Below are positions 40,701-48,708 of a stretch of DNA of 64,000 nt, piece by piece. The translations under genes were made by a program, and so were the position numbers. The stretch spans positions 7,440,001-7,504,000 of the forward strand of contig NC_087261.1 of NCBI RefSeq assembly GCF_037042905.1. The letters are read 5' to 3'. The DNA is from Lytechinus pictus. Lineage: Eukaryota. The notes beneath the pieces were generated by a model that worked only from the letters and a program-made list of their open reading frames with translations, was not told the origin of the DNA and searched no databases. Position 1 is the stretch's first letter. Every line of letters starts with the position of its first letter.

Positions 40701-40864
40701 GGAAAAGTTGGTTAAGCTATGCCGAGATACGACAGCATTTGGAGGTGGTGCTGTCCAGGCATGCCAGAGGGAGGAGAAGTCGCAAACGGAAAGAGGACCT
40801 TTCTTCAGAGTGTTGGGCTGCTGGTAAGCAGGACAAGAATATGTCTCTTGAGTCACGAGAGTAA
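2527..40864 (+). CDS. Adhesion GPCR (WSC + unnamed module + GAIN/GPS + 7TM), 12 coding exons, 1034 aa
   Basis: Exons: 2527-2638, 12144-12422, 13175-13567, 14867-14973, 15675-15815, 16060-16248, 19462-19854, 20424-20603, 21158-21279, 22022-22335, 23011-23077, 40057-40864. All introns are GT-AG with compatible phases (1,1,1,0,0,0,0,0,2,1,2). The total of 3105 nt is 1035 codons with no internal stop. Motifs: GPS CVFWD...W...GC...CSCNHTTNFAVIM and family-2 7TM motifs WMGVEG, LLGLTW, LNSFQGFFIF. Confidence 0.9.
3838..4001. mobile_element. Hairpin MITE with TA target-site duplication
   Basis: ~60-bp TIR CCTCAGTCACATTTG...CAAATGTGACTGAGG with TA on both flanks. Confidence 0.85.
4043..4441. mobile_element. 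Harbinger-like MITE
   Basis: TIR GGGCGATTCCAT...ATGGAATCGCCC and internal inverted symmetry; TSD imperfect. Confidence 0.65.
4660..5570. repeat. Diverged direct repeat pair (~4660-4860 and ~5380-5570)
   Basis: GCATGATGA..ATAAT..TTTGCCAAA...TTGTGCCTCGT...GTGTGTTTGGGGAGC.ATATTTCTC occurs twice. Confidence 0.65.
6716..6879. mobile_element. Harbinger-like MITE, same family as 59116-59273, opposite orientation
   Basis: GGGAGCGTTTCAT...ATGAAACTCTC termini; the interior is the reverse complement of 59116-59273. Confidence 0.75.
6974..7564. mobile_element. Kolobok-like MITE with TTAA TSD
   Basis: TTAA|AGGACAAGTCCACCCCA...TGGGGTGGACTTGACCT|TTAA with long imperfect TIRs; nearly identical to 24596-25188. 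Confidence 0.9.
8272..10375. mobile_element. ~2.1-kb hAT-like non-autonomous element with repeated CGCTTCGCGCTCGC motifs
   Basis: Termini CATAGGAAGATTCAGG...CTGGATCCGCCACTG, GAATAAA on both flanks, and many internal GCTCGCGCTTCGCGCTCGCA variants. Confidence 0.7.
9894..11920. repeat. Recent ~1-kb tandem duplication (9894-10952 / 10953-11914)
   Basis: Near-identical units, also visible as twin ORFs 10625-10834 and 11590-11796; AAATTA microhomology at the junctions. Confidence 0.93.
10157..10258. mobile_element. 102-bp hAT-like hairpin MITE with 8-bp TSD ACTGGGAC
   Basis: CATTGGCGGCGGAGCAGAGGATTAT...ATAATCCTCTGCTCCGCCGCCAATG; TSD at 10149-10156 and 10259-10266; empty site at 11223-11230. Confidence 0.93.
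12144..12422 (+). CDS. Adhesion GPCR exon 2, WSC carbohydrate-binding domain
   Basis: IGC...MTTPLCGNTCASRGFYYSGLVNGTECWC...CGMPCPGDVNEFCGGQNAVQIY fits the WSC cysteine pattern. CAG acceptor at 12141-12143, GTAAAC donor at 12423. Confidence 0.92.
13175..13567 (+). CDS. Adhesion GPCR exon 3, unnamed ~130-aa Cys-containing extracellular module
   Basis: Open frame inside ORF 13144-13806, with acceptor ...ttctatacAG and donor GTGAGT at 13568. Phase 1-1. Confidence 0.8.
13610..13905. mobile_element. GC-rich MITE-like insertion with short internal repeats
   Basis: Inverted subterminal TCGGGCAATCG / CGATTGCCCGA and repeated CGACCATTC / GAATGGTCG. It explains the spurious ORF extension after exon 3. 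Confidence 0.5.
14021..14278. mobile_element. Harbinger-like MITE with CTG TSD
   Basis: CTG|GGCCCCGTCTTACAAAGAGTTACGATTGATCCGATC...GATCGGATCAATCGTAACTCTTTGTAAGACGAGGCC|CTG. Confidence 0.9.
14413..14677. mobile_element. Harbinger-like MITE with CAG TSD, same family in opposite orientation
   Basis: CAG|GGTCCCGTCTTACAAAGA...TCTTTGTAAGACGGACCT|CAG. Confidence 0.85.
14867..14973 (+). CDS. Adhesion GPCR exon 4
   Basis: SNPLRWVKCSNNQCSCEDRIVNTSASDERKLDVIEK. T-rich acceptor, GT donor at 14974. Its phase 1-0 bridges the neighbouring exons. Confidence 0.75.
15675..15815 (+). CDS. Adhesion GPCR exon 5 (GAIN subdomain A helices)
   Basis: VNITEESVGEVLDVVGLLSFDDFNPDEVISTANIVQAVISLNSSDTE; AG acceptor, GTAAAT donor, 141 nt. 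Confidence 0.85.
16060..16248 (+). CDS. Adhesion GPCR exon 6 (GAIN)
   Basis: ITNDVISIIDNLMNSDPEALAVAQ...SRMIQALEHQL...FTSVQPNLAVQ; strong pyrimidine tract and GTAAGG donor. Confidence 0.88.
17410..17830 (-). mobile_element. Degenerate tRNA-derived SINE containing (TAT)n/(CAT)n microsatellite
   Basis: Reverse strand has GCCACTCTCCATCCAGGAATTAAACGGGTACCTG and a GCGCTATATAA tail, similar to the SINE at 49922-50220. Confidence 0.6.
19462..19854 (+). CDS. Adhesion GPCR exon 7 (GAIN subdomain B)
   Basis: IEATTSEQLRKGIKF...RVAFAVARDPSLF...PNTPVILVTV...TTVFRPIE; 393 nt, TAG acceptor, GTTAGT donor. Confidence 0.85.
20424..20603 (+). CDS. Adhesion GPCR exon 8 (GPS autoproteolysis motif)
   Basis: KGNSSVIIDDPVCVFWDYEASNGTGGWSGYGC...CSCNHT/TNFAVIM. 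Confidence 0.95.
21158..21279 (+). CDS. Adhesion GPCR exon 9 (TM1)
   Basis: NFHSPNPSVIFQKTSKYLSCIGCGVSIGSLIITLAVYVLS; GTAAGT donor. Confidence 0.9.
22022..22335 (+). CDS. Adhesion GPCR exon 10 (TM2, TM3, start of TM4)
   Basis: KLRQKQPNQIFMSICLSLLFLY...WCFCLAALIQYFTLTSLVWMGVEGVNMY...VAWG. Confidence 0.93.
22681..22830 (-). mobile_element. SINE 3' end with (TAT)n tail
   Basis: Reverse complement of 50080-50220 (GCTCGAGCTAAAGCCGGGGTAATAAT...GCGCTATATAAATGCC). Confidence 0.75.
23011..23077 (+). CDS. Adhesion GPCR exon 11 (TM4 and ECL2)
   Basis: GLPATIVVVTGGIARRNYVDPDL completes the WGLP motif. CAG acceptor, GTAAGT donor, phase 1-2. Confidence 0.9.
23124..23266 (-). CDS. SLC16-like exon 4 (TM12 and stop)
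   Basis: GLMFDITGSFPFAFRILGSLMAIISTITFMYLYHVYCRAKSQQHQSR*; acceptor ctttttatccgcAG. Confidence 0.88.
23124..30716 (-). CDS. SLC16/monocarboxylate-transporter-like MFS protein, 4 coding exons, 603 aa, nested in the adhesion GPCR intron
   Basis: Exons 30716-30500, 29155-29015, 26551-25241, 23266-23124; all GT-AG and phase 1; 1812 nt is 604 codons. About 12 hydrophobic segments with a long central loop. SLC16-like motifs: LLKSYGV, APLSNLLIHRLNGRLVTVCGS, HFKNSFGFANTVTYAGSVIG, LMRPP, GPVTGLMFDITGSFPFAF. Confidence 0.88.
23992..24591. mobile_element. Kolobok-like MITE (second family) with TTAA TSD
   Basis: TTAA|AGGAATATTCCGGGCTGA...TCAGCCTGGAGTATCCCT|TTAA; its right TTAA is shared with the next element. 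Confidence 0.85.
24596..25188. mobile_element. Kolobok-like MITE with TTAA TSD
   Basis: Near-identical to 6974-7564; TTAA at 24592-24595 and 25189-25192. Confidence 0.9.
25241..26551 (-). CDS. SLC16-like exon 3 (TM4-11 and long cytosolic loop)
   Basis: Core of ORF 25155-26579, trimmed to acceptor cctttttcAG and donor GTAACA. Confidence 0.9.
26842..27520 (-). mobile_element. HINE/DINE-1-like (Helentron-associated) element with ~157-bp internal tandem repeats
   Basis: Hairpin GTCTCGCC...GGCGAGAC, adjacent (GTCC)n microsatellite, subterminal IR GTTTCACCCAC, T-rich flanks; repeat units at 27038, 27195 and 27352. Confidence 0.8.
27686..28822. mobile_element. hAT-like non-autonomous element with perfect 8-bp TSD ATCATGTA
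   Basis: ATCATGTA|CAGTGGCGTAAC...GGTACACCACTA|ATCATGTA, with internal CGCTTCGCGCTCGC repeats. Confidence 0.88.
29015..29155 (-). CDS. SLC16-like exon 2 (TM3-4)
   Basis: APLSNLLIHRLNGRLVTVCGSFMSGLALVATAFAKTAWTMGLCMLISG; TAG acceptor, GTAAGC donor. Not in the ORF track. Confidence 0.88.
29163..29490. mobile_element. Kolobok-like element end abutting the SLC16 exon 2 acceptor
   Basis: TTAA|AGGGTATC start, followed by motifs resembling the other TTAA MITEs (AAAATCAGACAAG, CGGACAACCAATAAAAAGTT, GATGTGATGTCA); far end unclear. Confidence 0.5.
30500..30716 (-). CDS. SLC16-like exon 1 (TM1-2)
   Basis: MSRRFCRNELNRSRLEPWRFVVLFS...LLKSYGVIIPFL...LAVLYLL; GTGAGT donor. Confidence 0.85.
32051..32232. 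repeat. Inverted duplication (hairpin, ~80-bp arms)
   Basis: TGATTAAGCG.TAAC.TTTGTGTTAGGGGAC...GTTTGCGAAAGGTGGCTAATGTCGCA mirrored at ~32152-32232. Confidence 0.85.
33470..33612 (-). mobile_element. End fragment of a HINE-like element related to 44089-45061
   Basis: CGCCGCCGTCGGAAAAGCG...CTGCTATGCAGGCGAG is the reverse complement of the left end at 44091. Confidence 0.7.
35960..36105. repeat. Near-perfect hairpin (65-bp arms) in (TA)n context
   Basis: ATATTTGAGAGGATGCTATAT...GTAGCCGGGGTTCA, a 16-nt loop, then TGAACCCCGGCTAC...ATAGCATCCTCTCAAATAT. Confidence 0.88.
36769..37701. mobile_element. 933-bp foldback element with CACTG termini, inserted in (TA)n
   Basis: ~460-bp highly similar inverted arms CACTGTTGGTCATAA...TTATGACCAACAGTG with a 13-nt spacer at 37228-37240; (TA)n on both sides. 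Confidence 0.92.
37702..37771. repeat. (TA)n microsatellite
   Basis: Direct read. Confidence 0.97.
37772..37893 (-). mobile_element. 5'-truncated copy of the tRNA-containing repeat at 43041-43312
   Basis: The reverse complement matches 43201-43311 (GGGTTCGATTCCCGGCAGAGACATTTTTTCGGCATCACC...). Confidence 0.85.
38780..39425 (+). mobile_element. Degenerate LINE (CR1/L2-like) 3' end
   Basis: Remnant resembling FTxTGP..WNNL at ~39010, followed by a UTR-like segment ending AATAAAAATAAAAAAAAT. Confidence 0.4.
40057..40864 (+). CDS. Adhesion GPCR exon 12 (ECL2 Cys, TM5-7, C-tail)
   Basis: CFLAKMPKIGGLLCPIGVIIVANIVIF...LLGLTW...LNSFQGFFIFVIYCLRQ; acceptor tttttcAG, phase 2 matches exon 11. Confidence 0.93.
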
Positions 40865-41387
40865 ACATAATGATATATATATCGCTTTGAAATAACTCCA
40901 ATATCAGATATAATTTGTACTTGAAAATATGTGGTTAAGGAAATGTAAAAAAATGCAAGCATAATAATTTCCATCCATCAAGCCATATGGTAACGTGAGA
41001 GACAAGTTATTAAGTAATCATGGTAATAAAGGCGTGGATTACCATGATTACAGAGCAAGTCAAGCAACGGCCAAATGTTATTAAAATCAATCTGATTATG
41101 GGCAACGCAATTCAGGTTATATATTTTAGTAATAGAAAGAATATCTTTTTATAGATTCAAAGATATCAACAAAGACGGGTTGAAGAATTAATAATATCAT
41201 CTTGATTTTCGCCATCATTTTGCGTATTTTTTTATGGGAGCCAAATTTGATGAAAGGTATATAAAAATATGTATTTCATTAATGTTTGTATTTATTTTCA
41301 TTATGTTTATTGAACTTTGGCCATGAATAAGCTGTTTTTTATGATGAAATTTGTATCTCAACTGGGGGTGGGGGTGACCTCCATCTG

Positions 41388-41653
41388 CGGCCCGTCGTAT
41401 AAAGAGTTGCGATTGATCAAATCAATCGCAGCTACGGAAAGCCAGCAAAGTCAACATATAAAATACACGTTTTAAAAAAAATTATAGATATGAATGTATA
41501 TCCATAAGTTCATTGATTTCTCGACAATTTGGTGTGTTCTCCTTTGTATAAAAAGGACACTACAAATTTCCTGTATAAAAAATAAGACTCTGATGGATTT
41601 CCCTAGAGTTACGATTGATTGGATCAATCGTAACTCTTTGTAAGACGGGGTCC
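41388..41653. mobile_element. Harbinger-like MITE of the 14021-14278 family, probably in the adhesion GPCR 3'UTR
   Basis: GGCCCGTCGTATAAAGAGTTGCGATTGATC...GGATCAATCGTAACTCTTTGTAAGACGGGGTCC. Confidence 0.82.
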
Positions 41654-42965
41654 ATGTCTACTCTTCGTTATAAGGGGGGGGGGAGATGGAGCAGACTTCA
41701 CGTTTATTGGGATATACGATCAAAAACTATTTTATATGCATGCAAAGAAGCATAGCCATGTTAGCGGTCAAGTGATAAAATTTTATATTCAAGAGAAACC
41801 TGGCAATAATGAAATAACAGACGACAGGCATTGATAATCGGATTCGGATATTGTCCAAATAAAATGTAGCGATCGAGCCCTTGCAGTTTCTTATTATAAT
41901 GCGGTCATAACCCCAAAACTTTAATGTGGTCAAAAACATTTTATATTCATGACTTTACCTTTCTTATGTTCTTTTCGCTGAATTTAACCTGCTGCCACAA
42001 CTACCCCCTTATTAAATTTGCAATTTGGATCAAATGATCGATGTGTACTGAATTTATGCTTTTTATAAACAACGAGTTCGAGCATTTAGTGAGTCGAATT
42101 GGAATTGTACATGGACATTTGTTTTGGGTGGGCCGGAAATGACATTCACACACGCTGAAGATCTTGCATCACTTCTTAAAATGCAAAGGTATTGTAACAT
42201 ATACGGATTAAAATGCATTAAACTTGGAATTATATATGAAAAACCATTAGAAATATGTAATCATGTATGCATGAAACTGTTCATCATGTTCATAGCACTT
42301 ATTCAAGATTTTTATCGTATTACGATCGCAGACCGCTAATTAGATTACAAAGATGACTCCTTATTATATTATATCACAGTTGATGTAAATAATAAATGTT
42401 TAAATCATATATATTTTCTTTAATTACGTACTTATTGGCACTTGAGAGTACTAATCCCTTGATAGATAGTGGGTCCCTGATTGTTAATGTATAGGCCCTC
42501 GAATTACCTACTCCAAAACAATCCACCTAGTTGGCAGAAAAAAATTGATTATTGGAGCGCCTGAATATTGATTGAAAAGACTTATGGAAGAAATATCATG
42601 ATCTTAACAATAATATTGTCTATCGGTTCACATTAGCGACATTTTGCGCTTAACTATTTCGTATCACTGTTTTATCATGCAGTGTACAGTACTTTTCATG
42701 TAGTAGTATTTTTGTTAAGAATTACTCTTTGACTTTTATTCTGATTTTTTCTTTGGATTGATGATTGATGAGAGATTGAATGATAGTAATAATGAATTAT
42801 TATTGTACATAGATTTTTTATTTGTTTCTTCATTTTTTTTGTAATGTTAATGTTGAAATATATTGATTTAAGATCGGGAATCGAATTGTAAATAAAAAAG
42901 TAAAGGCTTATGGCCGAAGATTTGCATATCATTTTGTTCTACGGGATTTATTTATTGCATTGGGG

Positions 42966-42967
<2 letters not shown>

Positions 42968-43040
<73 letters not shown>
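42968..43040. repeat. (TA)n microsatellite
   Basis: Direct read. Confidence 0.97.
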
Positions 43041-43041
<1 letters not shown>

Positions 43042-43161
43042 GGCGGCTTGTCATTGTTCAAAACCCACCTACACCCGACAAAGGAAATTATAATTGGTAT
43101 GGTGTCGAAAATCTGTCTATCTGACGGTCAATCGGATCGGGGTCGCCTTAGCCACTAACCC

Positions 43162-43233
43162 GTCTCTGTGGTCTAGTGGTTAAGGCACCGGCGTTCAAAG
43201 CTGGGGCCCCGGGTTCGATTCCCGGCAGGGACA
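43162..43233 (+). tRNA. tRNA-like cloverleaf (tRNA-Glu-like body, anticodon TCA) inside a dispersed repeat; probably a pseudo-tRNA or SINE head
   Basis: Acceptor GTCTCTG/CAGGGAC, D stem GTCT/AGGC, anticodon stem CCGGC/GCTGG with loop GTTCAAA, 4-nt variable loop, T arm CCGGG-TTCGATT-CCCGG, discriminator A, then T6 at 43234-43239. A and B boxes are intact. Confidence 0.6.
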
Positions 43234-43399
43234 TTTTTTCGGCATCACCAATTTTTCCAAAAGGGCAGATAGCTCTGGGAAACCTTGATTTAAGCTACGC
43301 CTACCATTGTTCTCTTCATCCATTCCTTTTACAAAATATTTAAATAGATGAGTTGCCAAAGCTGTTGTACATATATGATTTCACACATATATATATATT

Positions 43400-43915
43400 G
43401 ATTTCGCTCCTTGCCAATTTTCTTTGCTTCTTTGGTTTCTGGTGTGTTGTTGTCATCTTTTCTTTCTAATGATCTTTCTCTCGCTCTCTCTCCCCCTCTT
43501 TTTCTCATTCGTTCTCTCTCCCTCTTTTTTCCCTCTTTCTCTTCCTTAGCTGGTATATTCTTACCCTTTCTTCTATTTTCTTTCTCCCACTCCGCCCCTA
43601 TATTTGTCTCTCTTTTCTTTTATTATTTTTGTTTTTCTATTTATATTTCTATTTCACCCCTTTTCTGTGTCTCCCATCTCTCTCTCTTCTATCTCTCTCC
43701 TTCTCTTCTCTATCTCCCTCTCCCCCCTCTCTATCTCTATTTTATCAATTTTCTGTTCATTCTACTCTCTGTTCCTCTTATGTTTGTTTTTTCCAAATGC
43801 TTCTCTTTCTCTCTTGTTTCTGCTTTCCCGTTTTTCTTTTTCTTTTCATTTCTTTCGTTTATTATCTGATCCCTTCTCCTTTATTTCCTCGCCTCCTTCC
43901 CTCCTCTCTGTCCTT
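43400..43915. repeat. CT-rich low-complexity polypyrimidine tract
   Basis: Direct read; it accounts for three spurious F/S/L-rich ORFs. Confidence 0.85.
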
Positions 43916-44088
43916 GTTACATAAGAGCGCCCCTCTGTCGGGTGCGCCTACATCAAGGGCGCTCCTTGAGAGAGTGCGCGCTTTACTGTTTTTGTTCATG
44001 ACGCATTTTCAAAGTTGATCTTAATCAATAAATCACTTGACAAGACCCTATGGGCGAAAATTCGTGAAATACTTTTCTTTACGGAGTT

Positions 44089-45061
44089 TTTGTCTCACCT
44101 GCATAGCAGAGTGAGACTATAGGCGCCGCTTTTCCGACGGCGGCGGCGACGGCGGCGGCGACGGCGGCGGCGGCGTCAACACCAAATCTTAACCTGAGGT
44201 TAAGTTTTTGAAATGACAGCATAACTTAGAAAGTATATGGACCTAGTTCATGAAACTTGGCCATAAGGTTAATCAAGTATTACTGAACATCCTGCCTGAG
44301 TTTCATGTCACATGACCAAGGTCAAAGGTCATTTAGGGTCAATGAACTTAGACCATGTTGGGGGAATCAACATCAAAATCTTAACCTAAGGTTAAGTTTT
44401 TGAAATGTCATCATAACTTAGAAAATATATGGACCTAGTTCATGAAACTTATACATAAGGTTAATCAAGTATCACTGAACATCCTGCATGAGTTTCACGT
44501 CACATGACCAAGGTCAAAGGTCATTTAGGGTCAATGAACTTTGGCCGAATTGGGGTATTTGTTGAATTACCATCATAACTTTGAAAGTTTATGGATCTGA
44601 TTCATGAAACTTGGACATAATAGTAATCAAGTATTACTGAACATCCTGTGCAAGTTTCAGGTCACATGATCAAGGTCAAAGGTCATTTAGGGTCAATGAA
44701 CTTTGGTCAAATTGGGGTATTTGTTGAATTACAGCCATAAATTTGAAAGTGTGTTGGTCTAGTTCATAAAACTTGGACATAATAGTAATCAAGTATCACT
44801 GAACATCCTGTGCGAGTTTCAGGTCACATGATCAAGGTCAAAGGTCATGTAAGGTCAAAGAACTTTGGCCACGTTGGGGGTATTTGTTGAATTGCCATCA
44901 TATCTCTATAAGTGTATTGGTCTAGTTCATAAAACGTGGAAATAAGAGTAACCAAGTATCACTGAACATCTTGTGCGAGTTATAGTAGTTTTCAAAATCA
45001 GCACTGCTGCTATATTGAATCGCGTGATGCAGGTGAGACGGCCAGAGGCATTCCACTTGTT
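44089..45061 (+). mobile_element. HINE/Tsp-like element with (GGC)n microsatellite and 162-192-bp internal tandem array
   Basis: Subterminal IR GTCTCACCTGC...GCAGGTGAGAC, 5' hairpin partner GTGAGAC, (GGC)n, AAGGTCAAAGGTCAT units at 44318, 44510, 44672 and 44834, T-rich flanks. Confidence 0.88.
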
Positions 45062-45072
45062 ATTTCTTTTTG

Positions 45073-45107
<35 letters not shown>

Positions 45108-46479
45108 TTTTTTTTTAGATCATGAGTATGGAGAGGGCCGTAGCAAGATCAATGCCAGTCTTCGTCAAGCTTTCGGGTACATGCATATTCTTGATCTCAA
45201 ATATAATTATGGAGACTCATATACCACGTACATATTGATCACACTTATATATAGATATATATATATATACGTGTATGTGGGTGTGTGTGTGTTTTTATAT
45301 ATATATATATATATTATAGAGAGAGAGAGAGAGGGGGGTGGAGAGAGGGGGATCGTCGAATAAATTACTTTGTATTAATAGGCCTAAAAGTGTTTAAAAA
45401 GTAAGTAGTGTTGAAACAATTTGGCAAATGTCACAAATGTCAATGTCTCTCATAATCCATACTGCACAGCGCCCCCTCCAAATTGAATTACTCTGGGTTT
45501 ATACGCCATTTATGTCATGTACGCTATATCTTCCTTTATGTTGCATGACGGGTAAAAATTTGATCTTCTTCAAATTGTAATCGTTGGTCCCTTCCATTCC
45601 TTGCAGAGTGATTAGTTTATAAATAATTGATAATTTTTATTTCAGTTATTTCTCATTGTGTAAATATAATTGAAAAGTCTTTAAAGCCATTGATTCAATT
45701 CATTTTAATCAGTTAATAAAAAAAGATTTGCGAAGCTTAATACCACAGATAAACCGACTACCTCCATGGTCATAACTCGATCAGTGAATGATAACATGTT
45801 ACGTAGTCGTACTGCAGACAACCTTTCACGATTAAGTTGCTCTTCCTCTCTGTTTTAGAACAATAAATGATATCACCCTAACACACCTGAAACCAAATAT
45901 CCTTTCCTTTTTAAAGACAGAGATTTTATATACTAGCTCAAATGGAAGATTCATCATTTATTCATTGCATCGTCGAAACTCCCAGTCCTCAATCGCTGTG
46001 CAAGACTTTGAAAAAAAAAAGAATAACTAATGATTTCCCAACGCAATTCAGCTAGTGGAATCGCCGCTAGTTAGATAGATGCCCTAATCCAGGTTTCTTT
46101 CGCTTTCCAGAAATATGGATTCAAACAAAATTACGAAAAAGGCAAGGGATCACTAAAATCGGTCAATCAATTCATTGCCGAAGGAATCAAATTCAAATTA
46201 TTGGGTTTCATGAAAGTATTTCCGTTTCAATATTGCTATCTGCTTTTTAAATGTTTTTTATGTTTTCGCTTCTCCCTTCTTCCTTTATAACATTTTTTTT
46301 CGAAATGCTTGCTCGAGTGTAATACCATACATAAATGTTCGTCAGGTTCGAAACCTATGACAAAATTGCTGTTTCGCTTCACCAATTTCCGACAAAGACC
46401 TCGCAGTTAGGAGACCGGCCCTGAACCATATGATGCAACCACTCTTTTTTTTAATCTCACAACAATACATATGAGATTA

Positions 46480-46745
46480 GAATAAATCAACCCTTTGCCT
46501 CCCGTGCTTTATCAATGTTTATAGAAATCCTGGCAGTGTAGCGGACATAACCATGATAACGGCAGTTCTTAAGTCATATGCCCGAAAATATCCTCAAGTG
46601 TAAACCAGGGCCCAACCAGGGTAGATGAGACTAGAATCAAAGAATATCAACAATGCATTATTTATGACGCCAGGAGATGAAAGCTAAAGTATAAATACAG
46701 CAAAAGAAAAGGACCTAAGAACCCAGGAAGAAGTGACAATTTCAT
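46480..46745 (-). mobile_element. LINE reverse transcriptase remnant
   Basis: The reverse strand reads FLGPFLLLYL, resembling the QGSxLGPLLFLxY RT motif; otherwise decayed. Confidence 0.4.
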
Positions 46746-47381
46746 GGTCACGGAGGATTATGGTTCGCATGGTAACGGTGCCTGACTACTGCGTCAGAAA
46801 CCAGATGACGATTTGAATATGCTTGTATTCAACTATATAGGAAAAAATGTATTGTGGTCTACCGTTGGGCAAAATCAGACTTTGAATTCAGATTCAATTC
46901 GCAGGTCTTCAAAAATTATTACTAGGTAACTTTGTCTCTACCGTTTTCATAATTTTGTCGCTCTTAAGACTCTTTCGAACTACAAAAAACCTCATCAGCG
47001 CCTGTGTCTATGCAAAATTGGCTATTACAGTTTTTTTATCTCAAAACTTTGAAATCACAATTTTTTTACATTAGTATGACTTTGAATTCGATTGAAATAC
47101 GAGAGCTTGTTTGGTATTTCGGTAACATACATGTAAACGTTTAGTCAACTTTTTTGTTGTTGCATTTTTTATTTGACCAGTAGTTATAGTCTTTCTTTCT
47201 GTTATGTGTTTATTGGTCTAGAGAGCGCCACTGTAATTAGGGGGGAAATGGAGAATAATTGACACATGCCAATATACCGATTCTCGCACGAAAAACACAA
47301 TTTACCTTACATACGCACATGCACCCTCCTTTACGGAAATGCTTATGTACACACGCCCTAACATATCCTCACACACCCTTA

Positions 47382-47796
47382 AGGCCACCGCACACCTTAC
47401 GACTGTTCGCGATCCGAATTTGGAACAATTCGCATATTGCTCATTTTCTGAAAACGTGAATGGAACATATCATTTTATTTGAGGTTAAAATTAATTGAAA
47501 GAATACTAATATAACCATTTTGAAAGATTTCAAGCCTTTATTTTGGAGTAAAGGCCAAATTAGTTTCAAATCGTAGCCAATCGTACGACTGCTATGACGT
47601 CATTACGACTAGATGTTAAATTTGCTTTTATTCTAAGAAGGATGATAACATAGTCACATATTTGAACATAGGTATTCGTACGATGATTTCGAACATTACA
47701 CAGTAAGATATTCCAAGTCTCAATATTAGGATCAAATTCTATTACGTTTTATTCCAAAATTGAGTCGCAGACCAATCGTAAGGTGTGCGGTCGCCT
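47382..47796. mobile_element. Harbinger-like MITE with TTA TSD
   Basis: TTA|AGGCCACCGCACACCTTACGA...TCGTAAGGTGTGCGGTCGCCT|TTA. Confidence 0.88.
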
Positions 47797-48708
47797 TTAC
47801 ACATTCGTGCGTCTAACCATGGAGCTAACACAGACTAGTAGCTCCATGGTATAACAAAAAAACAACAACAACAACAGGGTAATGGGTCTGCATCAATATG
47901 TCAGTTCGAATTTAATTCGAAATAATTCGAAAAGCTGTTTTTTTGTCATCCAAGGTTTATCAATATTATTGGGATTTCCTTTATTTTTGTTATTTTTGGT
48001 AAACCATATCGTCAAAGCTATACAAATACAAACATAGTCATCGACATCGGGAAACCACGTGATTAATACAATTTACAAGGCCAATTAAGGCATCTGACGT
48101 AAAGGTTTAAAGCCATTTCGATCTAAATCATACTTTTAGGTCAATTACCAATGGAAATAGATACCCATGGTAAACATGCCACTGTTTTATCAGTCTGTCA
48201 TGCACAAGTACTGCCATGGCCTAAATACAAATTGCTTTTTAATCCAAATCTGTCACCTAGATCCATTCATCTTATGAACGCCGATGCTGATGATCCCTTT
48301 TCAGCATACTGTATTGATTTTAAGACGAGATGTCATTAATCATTCTACTGACACCCACCTGGATGTCGCCTCCAGGCTACCAAGTTACGCACTTATAATT
48401 CGAACCGATAACCATTAATCTAGTTTAAGGGGAATTTGGCAGATCTGAAATTTCTGAAGTGACAGTTTTCAACGGGATGAGTTACAAATTTATGATTTAA
48501 ATCAGCACCTTCCGTCAGATTAGGGATGTCGTAAACTCACTTAATTTTGACCTGAAGCTAAATTTGAATCACTTAATTTCTATAGACCCATAGCGTTGTG
48601 CAAGGACCATTCACTGTTCTACTAGGTAATGATAACCCATTTAGTTTTGCCAGTTCATTCATTTTGCTCTATGATATTCAACAACCCAATTCAATATTTA
48701 CTATTTAA

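Noticed and set aside
43162-43233. Selenocysteine tRNA gene
   Set aside because: It has a 4-nt variable loop and a standard 7/5 fold, whereas tRNA-Sec has a long variable arm and an extended acceptor stem.
43411-44018. Three overlapping hydrophobic ORFs of 106-152 aa
   Set aside because: They are translations of a CT-rich low-complexity tract.
44200-44990. CRISPR-like repeat-spacer array
   Set aside because: The whole units repeat with no unique spacers, the context is eukaryotic, and there are no cas genes.
46955-47003. CTGATGA...GAAA hammerhead-like core on the minus strand
   Set aside because: Helix II is poorly paired and there is no helix I complement.
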